64,000 nt of DNA from Bacteroidaceae bacterium (GTDB taxonomy: Bacteria > Bacteroidota > Bacteroidia > Bacteroidales > Bacteroidaceae). Shown one piece after another: positions 18,006 to 27,300 of the stretch. The notes under the pieces were generated by a model, which saw only the letters and a program-made list of their open reading frames with translations, was not told the origin of the DNA and made no database searches. The number at the start of each line of letters is the position of its first letter. The stretch's first letter is position 1. A program made the translations under genes and the position numbers. The DNA lies in contig JAVBMN010000020.1 in assembly GCA_031552405.1 (NCBI GenBank), positions 12,860 to 76,859 of the forward strand, given 5' to 3'.

Positions 18006-18047
18006 GTTGCCGGGGATGCCCGTGGCATCTCCGGCAACAAGCTTTTT
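18006..18047 (+). terminator. Rho-independent terminator-like hairpin after pdxA
   Basis: 15-bp stem gttgccggggatgcc / ggcatctccggcaac (one G-U pair) with a 3-nt loop, followed by a T5 run. Confidence 0.65.
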
Positions 18048-18053
18048 CACACA

Positions 18054-19628
18054 ATGAAGTTTGCAATCATTGCCGCCGGTGAAGGCTCACGGCTGGCACA
18101 AGAGGGTATTAAACAACCCAAACCCCTGATCCCTATCGAAGGGCAACCGATGATTCACCGGTTAATAGACATTTTTATGCGCACAGGCGCTGAATCTATT
18201 ACGGTGATTATCAATAACGAGTCGCCAGCCACAAAGGAATACCTGCAGCAGCTCCAACAGAAATACCCTCTTGAGCTTGTTATCAAGACTACTGCCGGAT
18301 CGATGGAAAGCCTCTTTAACCTCATCCCACACCTGGAGGGCGAATCATTCTGCCTCACTACAGTAGATACAATCTTCCATGAAGCAGAGTTTGCCGCCTT
18401 CATCGAATACTTTCGGGAAATGGAAGATGAAGAAGACGGATACATGGCTGTGACCGACTTTATCGACGATGAAAAACCCCTCTACATCGCTACGGATGAA
18501 GCGCTAACCATCACCGGATACCACGATGAGAAGACCACTGAATGCAACTATATCTCAGGTGGCATTTATTGCCTCACGCCTGCATGCCTTGACACGCTGA
18601 AACGCGCACAGACAAAAGGACTCACCCGCATGCGCCAATTTCAGAAGGCGCTGGTAGAAGAAGGCAAAGTACTGAAAGCCTATCCTTTCAGCAAGATACT
18701 GGATGTAGACCACGCTGAAGATATCGAAAAGGCAGAAGCCTTCCTGCACGGCCCCTTCCCGATCCTTGCCATATCCCGCGGACAGGAATACTCACCCAAC
18801 AAAGAAAGCAGTGACAATGCCATCTTTCGGCGTGTCCGCGAAGAGTTGGAAGTACGTGGATACCCTGTGCTGCCCTTTACAGAGGATCGTTTCTGCCAGC
18901 ATGCCATCTTCTCTCCCGCATGTTATACCATGGGGCGAAGCGAGGATACTTTAGATGTGCTACACATCCTGGAAGAAGAAGGAACCCGCATCATCAACAC
19001 CCCGGAAAGCATAGCGAATGCAGACCGCATCCGCACTACCGCACTATTGAAGGCGGCAGGCATCCCCCTTCCTGTGTGCACGCTGCTGAGTACGGGCATC
19101 CCTCTAAGCAAACAGACACCCCTTACCTACCCCTGCTGGATCAAGCGGGGCAATGGGTATTCTCAGTTCAAAAGTGATGTGGTGTATGTAGAGTCCGACA
19201 AGGAAGCAGATGCTGTACTTTGCAACATGAACTCCCGTCGTGTCCACAATGCCATAGCCAATGCACACCTTCCGGGCGACCTTATCAAATTCTACGGAGT
19301 AAGCAGTGAGACAGAGCAAATATTCTTCCACTGGTATTATCCTTCGCCCACAGAAGGCAGTAAGTTTGGACTGGAAGCTATCAACGGACAAGCCCACGGA
19401 TATCACTTTGACGAGATACAGCTAAGAAACCTGGCCCACCAGGCAGCACACGCCACCAGATTACAAGTGTACGGCGGCGATGCCATTGTAGATACCGAAG
19501 GTAATATACGTTTTATCGACTTTAACGACTGGCCCAGTTTCAGCCCCTGCCGCAACAAGGCAGCCGAAGCCATTGCCAAACTTATTATTGACGAATACTC
19601 CAAATCCACCTATGTCTCAGGATACTAA
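18054..19628 (+). CDS. Sugar/inositol-phosphate nucleotidyltransferase fused to an ATP-grasp-like domain
   Basis: N-terminus MKFAIIAAGEGSRLAQEGIKQPKPLIPIEG (NTP-transferase G-x-G-x-R-L loop). The C-terminal ~280 aa end in GNIRFIDFNDWPSF, which resembles the ATP-grasp xIDxNxxPG motif. Confidence 0.6.
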   Translation: MKFAIIAAGEGSRLAQEGIKQPKPLIPIEGQPMIHRLIDIFMRTGAESITVIINNESPATKEYLQQLQQKYPLELVIKTTAGSMESLFNLIPHLEGESFCLTTVDTIFHEAEFAAFIEYFREMEDEEDGYMAVTDFIDDEKPLYIATDEALTITGYHDEKTTECNYISGGIYCLTPACLDTLKRAQTKGLTRMRQFQKALVEEGKVLKAYPFSKILDVDHAEDIEKAEAFLHGPFPILAISRGQEYSPNKESSDNAIFRRVREELEVRGYPVLPFTEDRFCQHAIFSPACYTMGRSEDTLDVLHILEEEGTRIINTPESIANADRIRTTALLKAAGIPLPVCTLLSTGIPLSKQTPLTYPCWIKRGNGYSQFKSDVVYVESDKEADAVLCNMNSRRVHNAIANAHLPGDLIKFYGVSSETEQIFFHWYYPSPTEGSKFGLEAINGQAHGYHFDEIQLRNLAHQAAHATRLQVYGGDAIVDTEGNIRFIDFNDWPSFSPCRNKAAEAIAKLIIDEYSKSTYVSGY

Positions 19629-20556
19629 AAAGCATATTGAAGCTTCACTAAAGTCGTTGGACACCGAAGAATTCATCGACATCCATTTCTATCGCCCTAT
19701 CGGTTATCGCTGGGCACTGTTCTTCCACAAGCTGGGAGTAAGCCCTAATGCCATCACCATTGCCAGCATCTTTCTGGGCGTGGGGGCCGGGGTATGTTTC
19801 TATTTCTCCAACCTGTGGATCATCCTGCTGGGTATCCTCCTGCTGATATGGGCAAATATGTATGACAGCGCCGACGGGCAACTGGCCCGCCTCACCAATC
19901 AGAAGTCCGAACTGGGGCGTATCCTCGACGGCGTTAGCGGCGACCTCTGGTTCATTTCCATCTATGCCGCTATCTGCCTGAAACTCACTTTTGCAGAAAT
20001 TCCCTTCAGCGGAGGAATGCAATGGGGTATCTACATTTGGATATTGGCCGCAGCAGCAGGCTTCTTTCATGCTACACAAGCCTGCCTGGCCGACTACTAC
20101 CGCAACATCCACCTCTTCTTCCTGAAAGGAGAATCCGGCAGCGAACTGGCACATGCCTCTGTTCAGAAAGCCATCTATGAGGAGTTATCTTTCCGCAAGA
20201 CACCTATTAGAAAAATATTCCAGTTCTTTTATAAGGATTATACCGCCAAGCAGGAAAAGAATACTCCCCAGTTTCAGGAGTTCTTCAGCTACATCCGCCA
20301 CCATTATCCCAATCACATCCCGCAATGGCTACGAGAAGAGTTTCGCAAAGGAAGCCTTCCCCTGATGAAATACACCAACATACTCACCTTCAACACACGC
20401 GCCATCGTGCTTTGCCTCAGCATACTGTTGAACTTTCCGTGGGTATACTTCGTCTTCGAACTGATCGTAATGCAAGGCATCTATATGTATATGGTATGGA
20501 AACATGAAAGCCTGTGCCGCCGTTTAACCCTCAAGATCAAGCAAAATGAGCAGTAA
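19612..20556 (+). CDS. CDP-alcohol phosphatidyltransferase family membrane protein (candidate phosphatidylinositol(-phosphate)/inositol-phosphoceramide synthase)
   Basis: YDSADGQLARLTNQKSELGRILDGVSGD fits the D-x2-DG-x2-AR...G-x3-D signature. The protein is multi-TM. Start trimmed to MSQDTKKH, overlapping the upstream gene by 17 nt. Confidence 0.8.
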   Translation: MSQDTKKHIEASLKSLDTEEFIDIHFYRPIGYRWALFFHKLGVSPNAITIASIFLGVGAGVCFYFSNLWIILLGILLLIWANMYDSADGQLARLTNQKSELGRILDGVSGDLWFISIYAAICLKLTFAEIPFSGGMQWGIYIWILAAAAGFFHATQACLADYYRNIHLFFLKGESGSELAHASVQKAIYEELSFRKTPIRKIFQFFYKDYTAKQEKNTPQFQEFFSYIRHHYPNHIPQWLREEFRKGSLPLMKYTNILTFNTRAIVLCLSILLNFPWVYFVFELIVMQGIYMYMVWKHESLCRRLTLKIKQNEQ

Positions 20557-21544
20557 GTGGCGCAATGCTTTTCTCCTCTTCGGCATTGCAGCTGTAATAA
20601 TCATGCTATTCACCTTCGACATGCAGTGGGAGGAGTTGTGGGAACACCTGAAGCGTGCCGGATATTGGTTTCCGATGGTTGTACTGTTGTGGGTCGTTAT
20701 CTACTTCTTTAATACGCTGGCATGGTATATCATCATCCGCGACGACAAACAGAGTTATGTACCTTTCTGGAGGCTGTACAAGTTCTCCATCAGCGGTTTT
20801 GCACTGAACTACGCCACCCCCATAGGATTGATGGGCGGCGAACCCTACCGCATCATGGAACTCACCCCCTATATAGGCTCCAGCAAAGCCACCTCCAGCG
20901 TGATACTGTACGTGATGACACACATCTTTTCGCACTTCTGGTTCTGGCTCAGCTCCATACCTTTATACCTGATCCTCTACCCCCTGGACGCAGGAATGGG
21001 TGTCCTATTGGGAATCGCAAGCTTCCTGTGTATCGCCGCCATTTATTTCTTCCTGAAAGGATACCGCAACGGGATGATCCTGAAGACAATCCGTTTGTGC
21101 TGCAAAATTCCTTTTCTGAAGAAATGGGCCATCCGATTTGCCGAGGAAAAACGCGAGCAACTGGAACATATCGACCAGCAAATCGCAGCCTTGCACCACC
21201 AGCACAAACGTACCTTCACCGGAGCCGTGCTACTGGAATACCTGGCACGCATTATTAGTTGCCTAGAGATCTGGTTCATTCTCAAGATATTAACTCCGGA
21301 GGTCAGCTTCTGGGATTGCATACTCATCCTTTCCTTTACTTCGCTCTTCGCCAATCTGTTCTTCTTCTCACCCATGCAGTTGGGAGCACGTGAAGGAGGC
21401 TTTGCTCTGGCCATTGGCCGCCTCTCCATGAGCGGAAGCTGGGGTATTTACACCAGCCTTATCACCCGCCTGCGGGAGTTGATATGGATAGCCATCGGAG
21501 TACTACTCATGAAAATTGGAAATCAACCGAAAAAGAAATTATGA
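20546..21544 (+). CDS. UPF0104 / lysylphosphatidylglycerol-synthase-TM-like (flippase-like) membrane protein
   Basis: 332 aa, ~8 TM, basic-residue pattern of the UPF0104 family. It overlaps the upstream gene by 11 nt. Confidence 0.55.
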   Translation: MSSKWRNAFLLFGIAAVIIMLFTFDMQWEELWEHLKRAGYWFPMVVLLWVVIYFFNTLAWYIIIRDDKQSYVPFWRLYKFSISGFALNYATPIGLMGGEPYRIMELTPYIGSSKATSSVILYVMTHIFSHFWFWLSSIPLYLILYPLDAGMGVLLGIASFLCIAAIYFFLKGYRNGMILKTIRLCCKIPFLKKWAIRFAEEKREQLEHIDQQIAALHHQHKRTFTGAVLLEYLARIISCLEIWFILKILTPEVSFWDCILILSFTSLFANLFFFSPMQLGAREGGFALAIGRLSMSGSWGIYTSLITRLRELIWIAIGVLLMKIGNQPKKKL

Positions 21545-22278
21545 ACGCTAAATTCAAACCCGTCAAAGGCATAATATTTGACTACGGAGGCACACTTGAC
21601 ACCAATGGACGCCACTGGGCCGAAGTGCTATGGGAGGCATACAAATCAATTGGTATCCCCGTCGCAAAAGAGCAATTCCGTGAAGCCTACATACACGCCG
21701 AGCGTACACTGGCCACCCGCCCGTTGATAGAGCCGCACCACATATTTTACGATGTATTGTACATTAAAGCCGGGATCCAGGTTGAGTATCTGATTGAGAA
21801 CGGCATCCTTGCACACGGTACTGAAAGCAGCAAATACGCCGAACAGATTGCTACGCAATGTAATCAATTCGTCGAGGGAGTAGTTAAAAAGTCCTATTCA
21901 TTAGTCAAAACGTTGGCAAATTGTTATAATTTAGTAGTAGTATCCAACTTTTACGGAAATATCCATACCGTTCTGAAAAACTATGGCTTACTTTGCAGTT
22001 TCCAAGAGGTAATAGAGTCGTCAGTTGTGGGTATACGTAAACCCGATCCGGCTATCTTCACACTTGGAGTAAAGGCATTGGGATTACTGCCCGAAGAGAC
22101 CGTTGTCATTGGCGACTCGTACTCCAAGGACATCCTCCCAGCCCGCCAGGCCGGCTGCCATACCATCTGGCTCAAAGGAGAAGGATGGGATAATGAAGGA
22201 GATGACTCTGTGCCTGATGCCGTGATACAGGACATCGGGCAAGTAGCCGATTTATTAATTGGAATTACTAACAAATAG
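21541..22278 (+). CDS. HAD-superfamily phosphatase
   Basis: GIIFDYGGTLD (DxD motif I), VVSN (motif II) and IGDSYSKDI (motif IV). The ATG at 21541 overlaps the upstream TGA (ATGA coupling). Confidence 0.8.
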   Translation: MNAKFKPVKGIIFDYGGTLDTNGRHWAEVLWEAYKSIGIPVAKEQFREAYIHAERTLATRPLIEPHHIFYDVLYIKAGIQVEYLIENGILAHGTESSKYAEQIATQCNQFVEGVVKKSYSLVKTLANCYNLVVVSNFYGNIHTVLKNYGLLCSFQEVIESSVVGIRKPDPAIFTLGVKALGLLPEETVVIGDSYSKDILPARQAGCHTIWLKGEGWDNEGDDSVPDAVIQDIGQVADLLIGITNK

Positions 22279-22318
22279 ATTTCAAAGGAGAAATCAATAG
22301 ACAGAGAATAAAAAAAGT

Positions 22319-23617
22319 ATGGAACACGAAATTGTAAAGCCCGCTGAAGGTAAGCTGGGTATATTATGTGTGGGACTGGGAGCTGTAACCTCTACCTTTA
22401 TGGTAGGAACCCTGATGGCTCGCAAGGGTCTTAGTAAGCCGGTGGGCTCTTTGTCACAGTTAGCAACCATCCGCGTAGGAAAAGGGGCTGACAAGCAGTA
22501 CAAGAAAATCAGTGACATTGTACCCCTCACGGATCTGAATGATGTAGTACTCGGAGCCTGGGATATCTTCCCCGACTCAGCTTATGAAGCTGCGATCCAC
22601 GCCGAAGTACTGAAGGAAAAAGACATTAACCCGGTAAAGGATGAGCTGGAAGCTATCAAGCCTATGCCCGCAGCGTTCGATCACAATTTCGTAAAGCGAC
22701 TGAACGGTACATGTATCAAACAAGCAGCTACCCGCTGGGAGCTCATGGAGCAGATACGCCAGGACATCCGCAACTTCAAAGCAACCCACAACTGTGACCG
22801 CATTACTGTAATCTGGGCAGCCAGCACAGAGATCTATGTAGAGCCACACGAAGTGCACAACTCACTGGCCAGCTTGGAAAAGGCCATGAAAGAGAATGAT
22901 ACCGAGCACATCGCCCCCAGCATGTGTTACGCATATGCCGCCATCGCCGAAGGCTGTCCCTTCATCATGGGAGCACCTAACCTCTGCTTAGACATCCCCG
23001 CTATGTGGGAATTTGCCGAGAAGATGCAGGCGCCCATCGCCGGAAAAGACTTCAAGACCGGACAAACCATGATGAAAACCGTCCTTGCCCCCGCCTTCAA
23101 GACACGTATGCTGGGCCTCAACGGATGGTTCTCTACCAACATCCTCGGTAACCGTGACGGCGAAGTGCTGGACGATCCTGCCAACTTCAAGACCAAGGAA
23201 GTGAGCAAACTCTCCGTGATCGAAACCATCCTCGACAAGCAGGAATATCCGGAACTGTACAGCAATATTTTCCATAAAGTGCGCATCAATTACTACCCTC
23301 CCCGCAATGACGACAAGGAAGGTTGGGACAATATCGATATCTACGGCTGGATGGGCTACCCCATGCAGATCAAGGTGGACTTCCTTTGCAAGGACTCCAT
23401 CCTGGCCGCCCCGCTGCTGCTTGACCTTGTCATCTTCAGCGACCTGGCCAAACGTGCCGGAAAAGGTGGTATCCAGACATGGCTGTCCTTCTACTCCAAG
23501 AGCCCGATGCACAAGCCCGATGAGAAGCCGGTACACGACCTCTTCGAACAATTTGCCATGCTCAAGAACGCCATCCGCGAAATGGGAGGCTACGAAGCAG
23601 ATCAGGAAATCGACTAA
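22319..23617 (+). CDS. myo-inositol-3-phosphate synthase
   Basis: 432 aa with LGILCVGLGAVTSTFMVG (NAD-binding N-terminus) and APNLCLDIPA...GKDFKTGQTMMKTVLAP, typical of bacterial/archaeal MIPS. Confidence 0.85.
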   Translation: MEHEIVKPAEGKLGILCVGLGAVTSTFMVGTLMARKGLSKPVGSLSQLATIRVGKGADKQYKKISDIVPLTDLNDVVLGAWDIFPDSAYEAAIHAEVLKEKDINPVKDELEAIKPMPAAFDHNFVKRLNGTCIKQAATRWELMEQIRQDIRNFKATHNCDRITVIWAASTEIYVEPHEVHNSLASLEKAMKENDTEHIAPSMCYAYAAIAEGCPFIMGAPNLCLDIPAMWEFAEKMQAPIAGKDFKTGQTMMKTVLAPAFKTRMLGLNGWFSTNILGNRDGEVLDDPANFKTKEVSKLSVIETILDKQEYPELYSNIFHKVRINYYPPRNDDKEGWDNIDIYGWMGYPMQIKVDFLCKDSILAAPLLLDLVIFSDLAKRAGKGGIQTWLSFYSKSPMHKPDEKPVHDLFEQFAMLKNAIREMGGYEADQEID

Positions 23618-23952
23618 TCCGAAAGGTGTATATACAAAATAGAAAAGGAGGGACTAAGTTCTCTCCTTTTTCTATTTCACAAAGTAGCATATTGTATATA
23701 CTGATCTTTATCCCTTACGAGGATATATCAAAATGGAATCTTGGCAGCTATAGCACTTGAAATAAGGTCTTTCATAGTTTTATCATTCTGATATTAGCCA
23801 ATTTACGCAGCCTTCTTTTTCTTGGAAATTGCACGAATAAACCTACTATAAGTTATATTGTTGAAATACAGATGCAACATATGAGCTACATTTTTCAACA
23901 TATAAATAGTTGATTTCAACATATAATACACCCTATAAATAATGTAAGGGTG

Positions 23953-23960
23953 TACATTTG
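23953..23960 (+). promoter_or_regulatory. -7 box (TACATTTG) for A1, implying a ~335-nt leader
   Basis: This is the only TAnnTTTG I saw in 23640..24300. It is preceded by three phased CAACATAT repeats. Confidence 0.4.
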
Positions 23961-24300
23961 TCGCAGAAATTGCTTAATACAGAAAGATATCTAACTATTT
24001 TATATTAACCCAACTCATATGAGAAAATGTACTCTTACCATCCCACCCCATTCTAAGATTTTCCCTGCGCTTTTTTTTTCGCAAGGTCCGTGTACGATAA
24101 CAGCAACCGATAAAGGAACTGATAGATTCCCTTATACTTTTTTTTCACAGAGACCGTGTACGATAACAGTCAAACCAAATAGATGAATTAACAATGTCTA
24201 TTTCCCATATTACTGAGCCGTCATTTTTAAGTAAGAACCAAAGGCATGGTATTCTCTTAAACTTAAGACCCTATTTATTCACCTTTTAATAATTATCAAA

Positions 24301-27300
24301 ATGAAAAGTAAATTATTTATGTTCATTATGGCTTTGACCATAAGCACCTGTCCCCCAACGGCACAGGCACAGAATGTGATTCCGTACTTACCGATGCAAA
24401 ACGATTTCGGTGGAACGGCAGTGGCTGACCTGGCAACTTTTGAGCCTTCGCTCAGTCAGTTCACTCTCGAAGTAACGGCAGATGCAACAGGTACGCCTGT
24501 AAGCATTGATATGCTGGGCATTACTTACACACCACAAATCTCCACGGATCTACGCTTCGTGCTCTACAAAGAGAAAGTGTACATTTACGAAGGTGACGAA
24601 TACAAAGAAACACAGATTCCATCCCTACAGATCTCTTACAGCGGAAGCAACCTTCTTCAGAATCCGGGCTTCGAAACGGTAGTATCACTGGGAAGCGTAT
24701 GGAAGGATGGGATATACTGGAATGCGTACACTGACACAAGAACGGAAGCATGGGGAGCCACTTCCTCCACTTCGATTCGTAATGGCTCATCGTACGGCAC
24801 TTACCGTATGTTAATGCACAATAACGCCCGTTATTTGACACAACAGCTGGCCACAGGCGAAGTAAAGCCAAACACCTATTACAAAGTAGCTTATCATTGG
24901 GCCGAAGCCGCAGGCGCTAACGATGGCGGATTGTACACCATAGAATTGGGCAGTACTCAGTTTGCAAGTGACTACCTTTCCATTCCGGCACATACCGTAA
25001 CCAATACAGAAAATGCATGGCGTGACTTTGAAACAACCTTCAAAACCGGATCAAATGTCGACATAAATAATCCCGTTTGGTTTACTCTGCACAGAAGCAA
25101 TTCAAAAATAGACTACCTTGACGATATTTCACTATTGGAAGGTACAGCCGCAGTAGGCATCACCGGCGCAGTTTCGGCACAGTATGCCGCTGAAGTAGTG
25201 GCTGCTCCGGAAATGACACCCAACTATGCCGCAGGTGATGCATTTGACATGTATCCTTACTATCTGGTCAATCCTAACTTTGATGTGGATTATTCGGGAT
25301 GGCAAAAAACCACGAACGGCACCATACAACGCGGAACCGGTATAAAGGCCGATGGTACGCTTTTACCTGCCGGAGACGGGAAATTACAGGTATGGGGAAT
25401 CACAAGCGCAGGAAATATTTATCAATCTCTTTCAGATCTTCCTAACGGGAAATACAAACTAAGGGCTGCTGTGTATGCCAGTCCGGTCACTCAGGATGGG
25501 CTTTACCTGTATGCCAATCAGCAACAAACGGTGATTACTGATGCGGTGGCAACCACCAATGCCTATATTGAAGTGGAGAATGCAATTGTGGTAGACGGGA
25601 ACCTGGAGTTTGGCTTGAAACTCACTGTTGCTCCAAGTGCCACTGCTGAAGTGGATTTGGACAAAGTTAGTCTGTTCTATTACGGTCCTGATCACTCTGC
25701 TCAGGCCGAAGCCATCCTGGCGCAGATTGCCTCTATTGAAACGTTGCTTGAAAGCCCGATGAATACCGCCATAAAAGCCGAGTTAACAGCTAAGAAGAAT
25801 GCAGCCTACAATGCAGCAACCGCCTCTCCGCTTGTTCCTTCTGACTTGGAAACAACCGCTACTGCATTGAGTAGTGTGATTACTACAGCTAATGCTTCCG
25901 CTGCAGCATACGTAATTCTGGACAATTTCCTCAACGGTGTTGAATCTGCATTAGACTCTTACAACAGTTATTCAGGTTACGCTACCTATGCCGCCATCGT
26001 TCTTACTGCAAGAACTGCTTACACCAATGGAACAACCGCTGATGCAGATATCCAAACTGCAATCCTCGCCCTCAAAGCAGCCAAAAACAACTGCAAGTAC
26101 TCAGACGGAGCAATCCATAACGACCCTAATCTGCTTTATGGATGGGATGCCCAAAAAGACGGCACAACTACCCCCGAAGAGGCAGGATGGATCGCCTCAC
26201 AGGATGATCTTATTTGGGGAGGACAGCTTTCGGGAGCTAATGAAGACAAAGATGCATTATACCGTACCAATTCTCTTGATAAATATGCTTTCTATGCCAA
26301 ATCCAGAAAGAACAATGAAGTGATTACATACGCATACCCAATCTACCTAGAAGCTGGCAAAACCTATTTCTTTGAAGGAAAGAACTGGCGTAGAAACGGG
26401 CAACAAGCCGCCGATGCAGCCCATGTCACATTTGCCGTTTCATCTACCCCTTCCAGTACAGGCACTATCTTGAACTCACAAACAATACTTTGCAATAAGG
26501 AAGGATACCTTGATTATTCCTTCTCTTTTGATGTGACCACCACAGGGGTTTATTACCTTGTCCGTTATGCGGAAGAACCTACATCAAGTAATTACCAGGA
26601 TGTATCTGCCGATTTATCCCTAGTTGAAGCCTATACACTTACCGACGGAGCAGCCACTGTGGTTGGTGAACTCACCCCATCCATCATCACAGAGCTTGGA
26701 GTTGCCGATATTATCTCTGTAGATCTTACCAATACCACTGCTTCCAATGCTGTAATACTAACCCTTAAAAATCCCAACACTTTAGTACACAATGCACCTG
26801 CCAATGTGACAACCAATGGGATTAAGGTATCTAACAATGAATTTGTAGACACCCCCAACTTGACTGACCTGCAACCTTTCTCAGCCACAGGCGATATTGC
26901 TGGTGCAATATCCTACCAACGTGCCTTCACCGGAGTAGCTAACGAAACTGACGGAGCAACTGGAGGATGGGAAGTATTCAACGTGCCGTTTAAGGTAACC
27001 AGCGTAAAAGCCACCATCGATGGTAAAGAGTACGAATACCTGCCTTATACAGAGTGGAAGGCCACGGATGATGCAACGGTAGAAGGTTGTGGATTCTTCT
27101 GGATTAAGAAGGCCACAGAGGGTAGCAATGCTATCAGCAGCAGTGTAGAGAGTCTTGAGGATATGACTGCGAATGAACCGTATCTTATCGCATTTCCCAG
27201 AATATCTATTGAAGGACGTCCACAGTTTAATGTAAATGGTGAAACCTTCACTTTTAGCGGCGAAAACGGTGTAGAGGCAACTATTAATCTTCAGCCCGCA

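Noticed and set aside
22988-23551. Long antisense ORFs inside well-supported genes. Examples are 22988..23551 in the MIPS gene, 3230..3814 in tex, 39108..39785 and 41196..41690 in HTCS-2, 35889..36491 and 36612..37145 in B2, 51423..52052 in protein C, and 53409..53954 in the GH43 gene.
   Set aside because: They lie entirely within, and antisense or out of frame to, ORFs with clear family signatures. Their translations are low-complexity or Arg/His/Gly-rich with no recognisable motifs, which is typical of shadow ORFs.
23643-23672. Terminator after the MIPS gene (aaaaggaggga-ctaagt-tctctccttttt).
   Set aside because: The stem has two mismatches in seven pairs. It is plausible but too weak to list as a feature.
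24019-24186. 55-aa ORF in the A1 leader (MRKCTLTIPPHSKIFPALFFSQGPCTIT...), considered as a possible leader peptide.
   Set aside because: The homologous A2 leader has an in-frame TAA after 12 codons. The T-tract lengths differ by non-multiples of three, so the conservation is better explained at the nucleotide level.
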